A DNA stretch of 64,000 nt from positions 91,211,248 to 91,275,247 of the forward strand of contig JARDVH010000132.1 of the NCBI GenBank assembly GCA_030324005.1, written 5' to 3'. Positions 38,680-50,802 of this stretch are shown piece by piece. Below the pieces are notes generated by a model, which saw nothing but the letters and a program-made list of their open reading frames with translations, was not told the origin of the DNA and made no database searches. Each line of letters begins with the position of its first letter. The stretch's first letter is position 1. The DNA is from Negaprion brevirostris. Its lineage: Eukaryota. The position numbers and the translations under genes are program-made.

Positions 38680-38905
38680 AAGACTAAGGGTAGTAGAAGT
38701 GTGGAACACTCTCCCACAAAAAACAATGATGCTCGCTCAAGGAATGCTAAATCTGAGATCAACAAATTTTTGCAGGATAAAAGTAATAGAATGTTATGGA
38801 GCCAAGGCAGATGGATGTAATTAGGATACAAATCAGTCACAATCTCTTTGACTGGTAGAACAGCTTCATGGGCTGATTGGCTGTGTTGCTCTTCTTATGT
38901 TTATA
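38680..38905 (+). mobile_element. CR1 3' end fragment
   Basis: agggtagtagaagtgtggaacactctcccacaaaaa...ctcttcttatgttt. Confidence 0.65.
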
Positions 38906-39504
38906 TTGCATTGCACCCTGAATTTTAACTACAACTATTTGTATTTCTTGCATCGCTGTTAAATTGCAGATTTCACAGAAAAGCACAAATGTGATGTGAT
39001 CCCAAAAGTCTAATATATCCTGAAATCAGATGAAATGAAAAGCAATAGCCTTGGCCACATGCCTTTATTTCTGACTGTTTTCCAATTATGCATTACTTTT
39101 TTTTAAGTTGTCAACTTTTTTGAAACTGTCAGCGTTTTAATTGGCATAATTATGATGATGAACCATGGTTGTCTTGGTGCAGGGACCCTTCAATGTTGCC
39201 TTCTCTACCTTGGCATTCTTTTCCAGATTTCCCACCTAGTGCACGTGAGCAAAAACTGATAGACCTGGCCTTTTCAGGAAAATTGGCTTTTTAACAAAAC
39301 CTGAGAGACATTTCAGTGTATCCTCATGAGACTTTCTCAGTAATTAAGTATCAAATCTGGTCATCCTCAGCCAGAAGCGATTGCACCAACTACCATCATG
39401 GAAATTAAGTATTATTGGGGTGGTCAGTAGATGCAACGACGAAAGGAAAAATCTTTCCTGTTTCTTCTATCAAACTTTGATCCCAGCACTGTACACTGTT
39501 TCTA

Positions 39505-39616
39505 TCCCTCTCTTTCTCCCACCTCTCCCTCTTAAATTCTATGCTCCCCCTCTTTTTCTCTCTCTCTCTCTCCCTCTCTGTCTCTCTCACTCTTCCTCTC
39601 CCCCCCCTTGTCTCTC
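39505..39616. repeat. (CT)n-rich polypyrimidine microsatellite
   Basis: ctctctctctctctccctctctgtctctctcactcttcctctcccccccc. Confidence 0.85.
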
Positions 39617-40599
39617 AATAAATTACTTTTGAAGACTTGAAGTTGAGGATGAACGCCATAATCTGAGATTTTGCTAACTGACAATGGAGTTATTTTGCTG
39701 GGAGTGATGCTGAAAGAATTCCGTTTGGGAGCAAGATTCAACATGGACACATTGCTAAATAGCCATTGCAAATTTGAAAGTGGCATTTAACGTTTTGTGA
39801 AAACCTGGCAGAGTGTGAGCACTTGGGAAGCTTTAATCTTGCTGTACTTGAACTGTGGTTTCCCCGTAGGCTCAAGTACAGAGGGTTTGTTTATTGCAAT
39901 CTGTGATTCAGAAACCTGGAACAGTTTGTATCATTTAACAATCATTATTATTGTCAAGATTGGACATCTTTGAGTGGTGTGTACCATGCTGTCCGAAAGA
40001 TGCAGTTCTTCAAATCATCTCACTAGTTTGGTATATTTTCTGTTTGTATGTGGCAATGAAATGTATGTATACACAAGAGTTAGCCAGTCTGCTTTATGTA
40101 AAATTTTCCTTTTCTTTGAACAATGTACAGCTTCCACACACACAGCTTCTTCAGGTCTCCATCTGATTCTCTTTCTGACCCAGCATAATTTGGAGTTACT
40201 TGTTAACTGTTAATTGTTTCACGCTTCAGTGCTTTTGCTCCTTCTAAACCTAGAAAAGAGGCTTCATATACACCAGATTTTAGGGAGATCAGCTGGCCAC
40301 TTGGGTAACAGTTTTCTGCCAGGAATATCCCAGGTGATTTTCCACAGGATTATGGTAATATCCTGTTTATATGTCGAGGTTGAGCTTGTTTCAAAGAATG
40401 AAAGTGGCTGAATCTATGTGAAGCAATTTAACATCTAGCCCATCAGTAATATCTGAAAAGTTTTCTGCTGAAACACTAATTAAAATGAATGGAATAGAAA
40501 ATTATGATTTTGAAAATGAGTCATATTTTGGAATTGTAATACTAACTGTAATGAAAGTTAATATTAGAATTAGAGTTAATTATAGTATCAGAGTTTAGA

Positions 40600-41390
40600 A
40601 AGGCAGGAATGTTCTGCACTTCCATTCCCATTATTCCACCCTTGATACCCTCCCTTAATGAAAATCAATCTGGGGAGGGGCAAATTTAAAGTTTCTAGCA
40701 GGAAAGATACTTCTTGACTTCCTTCCTAACTAACAGCGTTAATTTTAAGATTATGTTCCCTTGTTCTTGATTCCCCTGCAGAGGAAGTAGTTTAACCGTT
40801 TATGTACCGTCAGCCNNNNNNNNNNNNNNNNNNNNNNNNNNNNNNNNNNNNNNNNNNNNNNNNNNNNNNNNNNNNNNNNNNNNNNNNNNNNNNNNNNNNN
40901 NNNNNNNNNNNNNNNAACCGTTTATGTACCGTCAGCCTGTTAGTATATTTTACACTTGAACAGATTGCTCCTTAATCTTCTATACTCAAAGGAATACAAG
41001 CCGTGTTTATTCAGTCTTCTCTCATAATTTGACCCTTTCATCCCTGAAATTCTGTTGAATCTGTGCTATTCCCCCTCTGAGGCTAAAATATCCATCCTAA
41101 AGTGTGGTTCCCAGAACTAATTGCAGTACCCCAGATAGGGTTTAACCAAGGCTTAATACGACAGAAGCATAACTTTGTCCCCATTGTATTCCAATCCCAT
41201 TCAGATAAAACCCAACATACCATTATCTTTTTGGATTGCTTGTATGCCAGTTTGCAGTGATTTCTGTACTTGGGCTACCAAATCTCTCTGCTCCTCTTCA
41301 GTTCCTAGCTTTTCACATTTAGAAAATACTTTTTCACCTGAAGTGGGACCTGATGCTTGCCCACCTTGAATCCCATTTGCTCGCTCACTT
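40600..41390 (-). mobile_element. Decayed CR1 LINE fragment
   Basis: cccagaactaattgcagtaccccagatagggtttaaccaaggc (reverse complement of LVKPYLGYCN.FW) and other C-terminal motifs. Confidence 0.7.
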
Positions 41391-41869
41391 ATTTGTCAGT
41401 TTGTTTGTGTATTTCACTGTCCTGTTTTCTTTCAGTTTTGTAAAACCTTTACTAGAATGGTTTAAAAATAATGATCAGTCGTAAAATTTTAGATTTTCCA
41501 GCTTATTGCACGCTCAAAGTACTAAGTAAAACTTTCACTTCAAAAGCTGTCATTCTTTCTTGGAGCATGCTATAATGAAAGTATACTTGCTTTGAATCTG
41601 CAATGACTGAATTACATCAGCAAATTGAGCTAGTGCTTTTAACATTGAAAAATATGCCATACTGCTTTGCAGAGACATAATTAACAAAAACAGACATGAG
41701 CTAAAGAAGGCAATATTAGGAGATTTAAAACTTTTGTCAAAGTGATGGATTTAATGGATGAAAGGGAAGTGGAGCAGTGACTAGTGTTTGAAGAGAATTA
41801 AAAGTTGGTAGTGTTGGGGGATTTGGAGCCAATGTAGGTCAACAAGGACAGAAGTGAAGGGTGCTTTTC

Positions 41870-42395
41870 TTATTCATGGGATGTAGGTCGCTGGCTAGGC
41901 CAGCATTTGTTGTGTCCCTTGAGCAGTGGAGCAGCCTTCTTGAACCATGATGTGCAGTCAGCCCTTATGTTGGTGGAAGATCCACACTGCTATTAAAAAG
42001 AGAGTTAGGATTTTGACGTGGCGACAGTGAAGAAACGACAATATGTTTCCAAGTCAGGATGACGTATGGATTAGAGGGGAATTTGCAGGTGTTGGTGTTT
42101 CCATGCATCTGCTGTCCATGTCCTTCCAGATTATGAGTTCAGAAGATGCTGCCCAAAAACCCTTGGTGAGTGCTGCAGTGCATCTAGTAGAAGATACAAT
42201 GCACAGTAGCAGCAATGAATGTTTCAAGTGGCAGATGCGGTGCCAGTCAAGTGGGCTGCATGGTCCTGGATGGTGTTGAGCTTCATGAGTGTTGTTGGAG
42301 GCAAGCGAAGAGCATTTCATTACATTTCCAACTTGTGCCTTGTAGGTGGTGAACAAGCTTTGGAGGACTGGGGGTCAGGAGGTGAGCCACTGTAC
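41870..42395 (-). mobile_element. CR1-group LINE 3' end (family of 59475-61470)
   Basis: Minus-strand TTYKAQVGNVMKCSSLA, plus the 3' UTR ggccagcatttgttg... Confidence 0.75.
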
Positions 42396-42639
42396 CCACA
42401 GGGCCATCTGTTGCTTGTTCTTAATTTTGCTTTCACAGAACAATGACCTTTGTTCTTCAATTAACACGTTCTACTATCTTTATGCTACCATCAATATAAT
42501 CTATAATCCTTAACACTGCCATTCACAGTTTTACTTAGTACTTGGAGCATACAACAAGCTGGAATAGCTACTATTTTATGACTGATCATTATTTTTAAAC
42601 CACTACTACAGTAACAGTTTGTTTTTTGCCTCTTTGCAA

Positions 42640-42855
42640 GTTCGTGCAATATCTCCCAGTTCATAGCTATCACTGACCTATTTTGCTCTGTTCCACCCCT
42701 TTTACACAGTATAAGAGTCCATACAGTATGTAATCCATCACATTTTACCCTTTCTTTAACACTGATGAAGTGTCACATAGACTCAAAATGTTAACTTTTT
42801 CTCCACCAAAAACTGCCTGACCTGCTAACTTTATCCAGCATTTTCTATTCTTATT
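42640..42855 (+). mobile_element. Penelope-derived element 3' end with a decayed hammerhead motif
   Basis: CTGATGAagtgtcacatagactcAAAAtgttaac...ctgcctgacctgctaactttatccagcattttct. Confidence 0.6.
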
Positions 42856-42882
42856 AAGGGAGCAGATTTATNNNNNNNNNNT

Positions 42883-43112
42883 GGGAACACTATCACTTGG
42901 AAGTTCCCCTCCAAGCCACACACCAGCCTGAATTGGAACTATATTGGCTTGCTGGATCAAAATCCCAGAATTCCCTCCCTAACAGCACAGTGGGTGCACA
43001 TAGACCACAGTGGTTCAAAAAAGTGGCTTTTCACAACCTTCTCAGGGCAGTTGAGAATGGATACTAAATGCAGGCTTAGCTAGTGATGCCCACACCCCAT
43101 GAAAGAATAAAA
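42883..43112 (+). mobile_element. CR1-group LINE 3' UTR
   Basis: gggaacactatcacttggaagttcccctccaagccacacacc...gtgatgcccacaccccatgaaagaataaaa. Confidence 0.75.
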
Positions 43113-43555
43113 TAATCTAATTGCATCTTCAAAATACTCTTAATAAATTTGGCAAGCATCATTTCCCTTTAGAAGAAGCACATTGAAGTCCTGCGCTGTC
43201 CATGTTGGGGAAGACATAATGACTCATCAGACATTCAACTGGCCACTCTCAGGCCTTCTTCAGGATTTAGGACATTAGGATGGAAATCTCACACCCACCT
43301 AGAGCCACTGCTGGTAATGGACCCTGGGAGAGGTTTCAGATTGCCTAGGGACCTGACGCTACAAGTGAGGGAGCAGGATGTAGCTTATGGGAGAGGGGTC
43401 ACTAGCTGGGAGTGAGAGGACTCAGAAGAAAGCGTAGGAAGATGCTTTCATGCCTNNNNNNNNNNNNNNNNNNNNNNNNNNNNNNNNNNNNNNNNNNNNN
43501 NNNNNNNNNNNNNNNNNNNNNNNNNNNNNNNNNNNNNNNNNNNNNNNNNNNNNNN

Positions 43556-43744
43556 GCTCTAAAGAGAAAAGCCCCAGCTCCCTCAACCTTTCCTCATAAG
43601 ACCTACCCTCTAAACCAGGCAGCATCCTGGTAGATCTCCTCTGCACTCTCTCCAATGCTTCAACATCCTTCTTATTGTGAGGTGACCAGAACTGCACATG
43701 ATATTCCAAATGTGGTCTCACCAAGGTTGTGGTCTCACCAAGGT
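43556..43744 (-). mobile_element. Relatively young 5'-truncated CR1 LINE; 3' end lies in the gap
   Basis: [55 protein letters not shown]. Confidence 0.9.
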
Positions 43745-43896
43745 CATTAAATTGACAATTCCAAGTAATTATAAAGAGATCACCTGTCTTTGATGTGTGG
43801 TGTGAGTACCAATATCTGTTTTATGAGGAATTAAACACTTGAATGGATTTGAATGTATTGAATGTGCTGCCTCCACTCTGTTTCTGGAGGAGGTGG

Positions 43897-44072
43897 AGGT
43901 GGTTGATTGACCATACTCAATTGCCCCTTAGTTGTCCTGGGATGTCTTGGTTAGAGGGATTAGCGGGGTAAATGTGTGGAGTTGTGGGAATAGGACTTGG
44001 GGCAGGATTGTTGTTGGTGCAGATTTGATGGGCCAAATGGCCTCCTTCTTCACTGTTGTGTTTCTACGATTC
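43897..44072 (+). mobile_element. HE1-like SINE 3' half
   Basis: ttgaccatactcaattgccccttagt...gggtaaatgtgtgg...gatgggccaaatggcctccttct. Confidence 0.75.
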
Positions 44073-44897
44073 AATTCCAGTTAGCACTCACCTGTCCCTG
44101 GAATGAAAATGTTCCCACTCAAGATACCCAGTGGCCCCTACCGAACACCAAGCATACTGTAATGAGCTTGCATTGCATGGCCCAATGGTGTTTGTATCTC
44201 ATACTCATCCCTCATGCCCTATGAGTGCTTTGGCAACCTGAAATTCCACTGGATTGCCCCATGATTACGTTTGGCAAAGTATTGCCAAATGGTTCATCAC
44301 TGCCATCTGCAGTATTGCTAACTAGGAAACTCTCCCCCTCTTACTGCCTGCCATCAGGCGTATTGGAAGGATTTACCGGCTGATAATCAATGTTATAACA
44401 CACCATCCGTGACCATCAAGTCCTGAAGTAGGACCTGAACCTGGAGCTTCTGGACCAGAGTTGGGATGTTATCACTATGCCACAAGACCTCCTGTTGTTC
44501 TGCAAACACTCAGGCTAAAATTCCCCAGGGCTCCTGGCATAACTTTGGAAGGTCACTAGTGGAACATAGAATCAGATCCTCGGGCCTGTTTTGTCATTCA
44601 GTTAGATCATGGCTAATACTGAACCCCATTTATCTACCTTGGTTTCATATCCCCTATTACCTTCCCTAACAAAAATCTATTAGTCTCATTTTTTGAGATT
44701 TTGAATTGATTAAACTACTTTTTGTTCTGTGAGTGAGTTCTGCAATGTTCAATTGTTCTGCACTTGATTATGTGAGTCTGTTTACTATCAATACTCACTG
44801 TGCTTGATTAGTTAAACTTGGGTGTCATGGCCTTAGACAAATTGCAGCAGTTCCTGGAAACAAGGCTCTGTAAGCACGGAGCAGATCCTTTAGAATC

Positions 44898-45230
44898 AGA
44901 GAACAGAATGCCTACAGTGTAGAAGAAGGCCATTCAGCCCATCGAACCTGCACTGACAACAATCCCACGCTGGCCCTATTCCCGTAACCCCACATATTTA
45001 CCCTACTAATCCCCCTGACATCCTCCTTACATTAAGGAGCGATTTAGCATGGCCAATCAATCTAACCCACACATTTTTGGATTGTGGGAGGAAACTGGAG
45101 CACCCAGAGGAAATCCACGCAGACACGTGAAGAATGTGCAAACTCCACAGTCACCCAAACCAGGAATTGAACCTGGGTCCCTGGTACTGTGAGGCAGCAA
45201 TGCTAACCACTGTGCCACCATGCCACCCTG
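44898..45230 (-). mobile_element. Near full-length V-SINE (HE1-like)
   Basis: Reverse complement: tRNA head ggtggcacagtggttagc (A box) ... ggttcaattcc (B box), then the V-domain and a CR1-type tail. Confidence 0.9.
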
Positions 45231-46929
45231 GTAAATGCACATAAGTGCAGTTTATATATAGACAGAACCTGGTGTGTTATCTCTGCAGAGCTCCAAGATA
45301 TAAAATATACAAGTTCCAAATTTCCACAATCCTTTGTGTGAAGAAGCACTTCCTATTATCATCTGTGAATGGGCTTGTTGGAATTTGAAGGTTAAATCTC
45401 TCACTGGGCTTATCCAGGGATGCTCACATGGACAAGTTAATGGAATCACACCTCACCATGGGCCAGCCCTGCAGAATTTATTTTCAGAAAAAAAAGGGCA
45501 AATACAATTGTGTACTGTTGATTTGCATCATTCTTTTATAAATGTTTAATCAGGCACATTCACCATATTGCAAAATTGACTAATGCCCTCAGAAGTGACC
45601 TCGCAAGCCACTTAGCAGTGTAACCAAGTAGGTCAAAGCAACTTTTGACATGTTACGCATTGCCAGAGCTGCCATTTTATGTCACCTAGATGTTCGCATC
45701 TTGTATGATATCCTGGGCAGGTGCAAGGAGGAAGCAATCCTTGCAGAGTACAATGCCAGTGTACTCCATCGGGCAGACTGAAATAACACGGATCCCCGTG
45801 TAAGCATCTTATAATGAAAAGAACAGACATTAGCCGCAGGTGGCAGTGAACAATTGGTGGAAAGCCTGAGAGGGAAATTAATTTCTGAGGCAGTTAAGGC
45901 CTTAAAGCAGCATCATTAAAGGGACAGTCACGGGATCAGATTAGTCACGCATATTGCTGAGTCTCAACATAACAATAATGGAACCAGCTTGGAGATGCAA
46001 CTGGTCCAACTTGTTCTCATATCCAATTTACCCTATCTATCTAAAGTCATAGCGTTCAGTATCCGCCTTGCCCCAATTTGTTCAACTAACATCATGTGAC
46101 AGATTTCCAATTTGAAGCTGTTTCCACAACAGGCAGACAAAAAACATCAGCAATAGATTTCAACATGTTCTTGGAGCTCACAGTTGAACTGTTACATTCT
46201 GTACCCTCCATTAGACAATACAAGCAGGATTCAGCGTCAGCCAAAAGCACAAGAAGCCTTCAATGGGAAATTGGTGCCCAACTAGATGTAAAAATACAGC
46301 GACAATTTCCATTCTTTTTTTTATCCTTCGATTAGAATTTTCTTCTTATTAAAGCCTCATTCACTGAGACATCTGAGCTCATGGAAGGAAATTATTCAAG
46401 ACTAATGACTGGTTCAGAACTGAAATAGACCTGCCTGTCACTCAATAATCGGAGAGTGGGATTTTGTTTATACTGTGCTGTCACTGTGTTGTTCAGTCCG
46501 GTCATTGCGGCTTCTTCAGCAGATATGAGTTGAAAGCTTGTATTGTGGCTTGACACTTTGTTCTCAAACATGCTGAACTGAGGCTATTAATTCCACACAT
46601 ACTGTCATTTATGTTTTAAGAAAAAGGAATATGAAATTACACCGGAATGAGTTACAAATCTGCAACTCAAATTGAAGGTTCAGATGCAGCTTTAAACCGT
46701 GGAAGCAAACTGTTTATATATTAGACCACTGGCATATCTCATAGATAATGGTTTAAGAACATTGTACCTCTCACTATCTATTTGATTTCCTGCACGTTAA
46801 ACCAGCATTTTCTTGCCCAGGTTTTGTCCGCAGGTTGAGTGCCATGTGCAGAGGCAGGCTGAGAGGAAAGGCTACCTCTGTGTTATGGTGATGTATTTAA
46901 ATAAGATATGGGAAGATATAAGATGTGGG

Positions 46930-47285
46930 AAGGCCAAGTGGTATTATCACTAGACTATTAATCCAGAAACTCAGTGAATGTTCTGGAGACCTGGGTTCGA
47001 ATCCCACCACGGCAAATGGTGGAATCTGAGTTCAATAAAAAAAATCTGGAATTAAGAATCTACTCATGACCATGAAACCATTGTCGATTATCGGAAAAAT
47101 CTGGTTCACTAATTTCATATAGGGAAATAAATCTGACGTTCTTACTGGTCTGGCCTAATGTGGTCCCAGAGCCACAGCAATGTGGTTGACTCTCCACTGC
47201 CCTCAGGGAACTAGGGATGGGCAATAAATGCTGGACCAGCCAGTAGCACATGTTTTCCAAAAATAAATAAATATAACAAAAAGAA
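46930..47285 (+). mobile_element. tRNA-derived SINE with a CR1-group LINE 3' tail
   Basis: gtggtattatcactagact...GGTTCGAATCC B box (46994-47004), ending agggatgggcaataaatgctgg plus an A-rich tail. Confidence 0.8.
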
Positions 47286-47299
47286 TAAAACAAGAAACA

Positions 47300-48089
47300 G
47301 CACTCTCCCCTCATCACTCCAACCCCACACACTCCCTATGCCCCATCGATGCCAACCCATGCCCCTCCACCAGCCCCAATGTGAACCTCTCCAAGCCTCC
47401 ACTTTACACTCCAATCCCCATCTCCCATCATCTATGTAATGCCCAGGGACCTGTCATTCTCTATATTAAATATGGTCAACACCTGAGTATAGGTGCACAG
47501 CTACCAAAGATTCTAAGCTCCTGAATGAAGAAATGTCTCCTAATCTCTGTCCTAAATAGCTGAAGCTGCTATCCACATCGATTCGAGATTCCTGTATCTC
47601 AGGAGAAAGTCCCACCTTAGAAAGATTAACCAGCTGCTTAGTAGTCTGAGTAACAGCAGCCAGGAGCTGTGGCAACTGCTGGGACAACAGGCACTGCCAC
47701 ACACTGAGGTGCTCGGGTAGGTCTGGGGTCAGCGGTCATGGCAAAGGGCAGGTAAATGTTCGGGTGGGGAACCTTGTTCAAGAGCCAATGGGAGAGTTGA
47801 AGGGAGGGATGACCTGTGTGGGACTGACTGTCTGGACCTCAAGTGGCTCCCCTTAGCTGATGCCAGGTAAAGCGGCCGAATTTTGTGCATGGTGTGGGCT
47901 TTCCCATGGAATACTAGCAATGGTGGAATGAAGCCATTGTGCAGCCTTTAAGAGGTGCAAGAGTGGCTGCCCAACCTCTAGAATTTCAGACAGGCCAGGG
48001 GAAGAGGGCACGGTGTAGAAAAGCCACCCACTTGATCTTATGTGGCACCCCATTCTAACCCCCTGGTGAGGGAATGTAAAATTCAGCCC
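47300..48089. mobile_element. GC-rich non-autonomous DNA-transposon-like remnant
   Basis: C-rich segment and terminus gtaaaattcagccc, similar to the ends at 10307, 23320 and 31514. Confidence 0.4.
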
Positions 48090-48204
48090 ATTTTCTCAGT
48101 CCCTCCCCTTTGGTTTTTTATGTGTTTCAATTAGAGAAACTCTCCTTTCTCTAATATCCAGAAAATATAGACCCAGACTGCTCAATCTCTTCTCTGAGGG
48201 CAAA

Positions 48205-48481
48205 TGCATGGCATGGTGGTACATGATTAGCATTGCTGTCTCACAGGCCCAGGGACCCAGGTTCAATTCCTGGTTTGGTCACTGTTTGTGTGGAGTTTAC
48301 ACGTTCTCCCCATGTTTGTGTGAGTTTCCTCCAGGTGCTCTGGTTTCCTCCCACAGTCTGAAAGGCGTGCTGGTTAGATGCATTGACCCAACCAACCCCG
48401 GAGTGTGGCGACTAGGAGAATTTCACAGTAACTTCATTGCAGTGTTAATGTAAGTCTTTCTTGTGACTAATAAATAAACTT
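48205..48481 (+). mobile_element. Full-length V-SINE subfamily copy
   Basis: tRNA head with ggttcaattcc, V-domain, and tail cacagtaacttcattgcagtgttaatgtaag...aataaataaac. Confidence 0.9.
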
Positions 48482-48499
48482 TTCTAAAGAACCATCATT

Positions 48500-49440
48500 T
48501 ACTGGGGCAGCATTTATTGTCTTCTGTAAAAATTCTTAATTTATTTTTGTTCTCTTGGCTAGTTCAGTGTTATTTAGTTTTTTACTTTTTTTGATCAACT
48601 TTCTGATGGCCTTTTGCTAGTTTCTAAAGCATTTCCAATCCTCAGACTTACTCCTTATAATTTTTTGCCACATTATAAACCTCTTTTAATCTACTATTAT
48701 TCCTAAGTTCTTAATAAACTGTGGATGAATATTTCTTGCTGTGATTTTTTTTTAATGGAAGGTATTTTTGTTGAATGTTTTGAATAGTTTTTTTTCAAGT
48801 TTCTCATTGTTCATTTATCACCATGTTTTTAAGTCCATTTACCTGATCAGCTTTAGCCAATTTTCCCTCCTAACCAATGTAATGGGCTTGATTTAAGCTT
48901 AAGATTTTGTTTGAGTTTGGGCTATGTCACTTTCAAACTTAGTATGGAATTCAGTTTTATTATGATCATTATTTCCTGCAGACCTCTAACTAATTAACCC
49001 CTCCTTGTTGCACAGTGTCAGGTCCAAAATCGCTCTAGTCAGTTCCACAATGTATTGCTCCAAGAAATTGTCGGGGAAGGATTCTACAAACTCAGTTTCC
49101 AGAACATTCTTGGCTACTTTGGTCTCGTTTATATGAAAAATCAAGTTCCCCATCACAATTTCATTGTCTTTGTTACAAGCTTCAATTATTTCTCATTTTA
49201 GTGTTCCTGTCCAACAGTCAAACTATTGTTAGGGGATCTATAAACTACCCTGACCAGTGCTTTCTGACCCGTTTTATTCCGAATCTCCACACATGAGAAT
49301 TCTGCTTCCTTATCTTATGATTCAGTGCCCTTTCTCAATACTGTCCTTTTATTAGGTTTTGTTCTCAGACTATCTTGCTTTTCCTCTCTACCGGTCTTTT
49401 TGAAATATTGAGTGGCCTGGAATATTTATTTCCCAACATA
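48500..49440 (-). mobile_element. Decayed CR1 ORF2 endonuclease/linker region
   Basis: gggggatctataaactaccc (reverse complement GVVYRSP) and caagttccccatcacaat (reverse complement IVMGNL). Confidence 0.65.
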
Positions 49441-49444
49441 GGAC

Positions 49445-50685
49445 TTAGAAGGAGGAGTAGGCCTTACCACCCTTAGAGCCAGCAGCACCATTCAGTAACA
49501 TCATGGCTCATCTGGTTGTGGCCTCAACTTAGCTCTTCTGCATGCCCCCACCAATCCTTGACTTGCTTACCTATCGGAAATCTGTCCAATTCTGCCTTGA
49601 CTAAATTCAATGACCTCTTGGGAAGAGAATTCCACATACTAATGACTCTCTGAGAGGAAAACAATTTCTCCGCATCTCAGTCTTAAAAGGGAGACCTCTT
49701 ATTCTTAAACTCTATCCCTAATTCCAGTCTCCTCCATAAGTGGGCACATCCTTCCGCTAGCCATGCTGTCACATCCCCTCAGGGTTTTATATATTTCAAT
49801 AAGATCTCCTCTCATTCTTCTAAACTCCAGTGGGTAAAGGCCCAACCTGACCAGCCTCCTTCATAAGATGAGCCCTCATCCCAGGAATGATTTTTTTTTA
49901 GTATATTTAATAGTGTCACAAGCGGGCTTACATTAAACTGCAATGAAGTTACTGCGAAATTCTCCTAATCGCCATGCTCCGGCTCTTGATCGGGTACACT
50001 GAGGAAGAATTTAGCATGGTCATTGCATCTAACCAGGATGTCTTTTGGACTGTGGGAAGAAACAAAGTACCTGGAGGAAACCCATGCAGGCACGAGGAGA
50101 ACATGCAGATTCCATACTGACAGTGGCCCAAGCCGGGAATTGAACCGAGGTCCCTGGCACTCTGTGCTAACCACTGTGCCACTTTGCAGGCACAATGAGT
50201 TTAGTGAACCATTTCTATACTACTTCTAATACAGTTATATCCTTTGTCAAGTCAGGCCATCAAAACTCTACACAGTATTCCAAGTGTGGTCTTACCAATA
50301 CCCTGTACGACTGCAGTAAAATGTCCCTACTTTTATATCCCATTCTTCTTACTATAAACCCCAGCATTTGCCTTCCGAATTACTTATCATATCTGCATAC
50401 TAGCAGTTTGTGATTGATGTACCAGGACACACTGATTTATCTGTACCACCAAATTCTGCAATCTTATTCATTTAAATGGTATGCTGCTTTTCCATTCTTC
50501 CTGCCAAAGTGGACAGGTTCACATTTTCCCACCTTATACTCCATCTGCCAAATTTTTGCCTACTCACTTAACTTCAGTATTCTTTTGCAGACTTTCTCCC
50601 TCCTCCTGACAATTTGCTTTCCTACCTCACTTGGTGTTAGTGGCAAATTTAGCTCTCATGCATTTAGTCCTTTCTTCCAAATCAT
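49445..50685 (-). mobile_element. CR1 LINE 3' portion interrupted by a SINE
   Basis: 3' UTR at 49445, and cacagtattccaagtgtggtcttaccaataccctgtac (reverse complement [12 protein letters not shown]). Confidence 0.8.
49891..50190 (-). mobile_element. Full-length V-SINE subfamily copy inserted in a CR1
   Basis: Reverse complement homologous to 48205-48481, flanked by an aatga duplication. Confidence 0.9.
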
Positions 50686-50699
50686 CAATCACCCTGTAA

Positions 50700-50802
50700 C
50701 CATAGCTCTATCAAAATCATTTGGACTTGAAACATTAACTCTGTTTCTCTCTCCACAGATGTTGCCAGACCTGCTGAGTCTATGCAGCATTTTCTGTTTT
50801 TA
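50700..50802 (+). mobile_element. Penelope-derived element 3' tail
   Basis: tgaaacattaactctgtttctctctccacagatgttgccagacctgctgagtctatgcagcattttctgttttta. Confidence 0.65.

Noticed and set aside
46930-47010. tRNA-like A/B boxes (also at 45160-45230, 48205-48275, 31740-31812)
   Set aside because: These are SINE heads, not tRNA genes: no cloverleaf, and they continue into SINE bodies.
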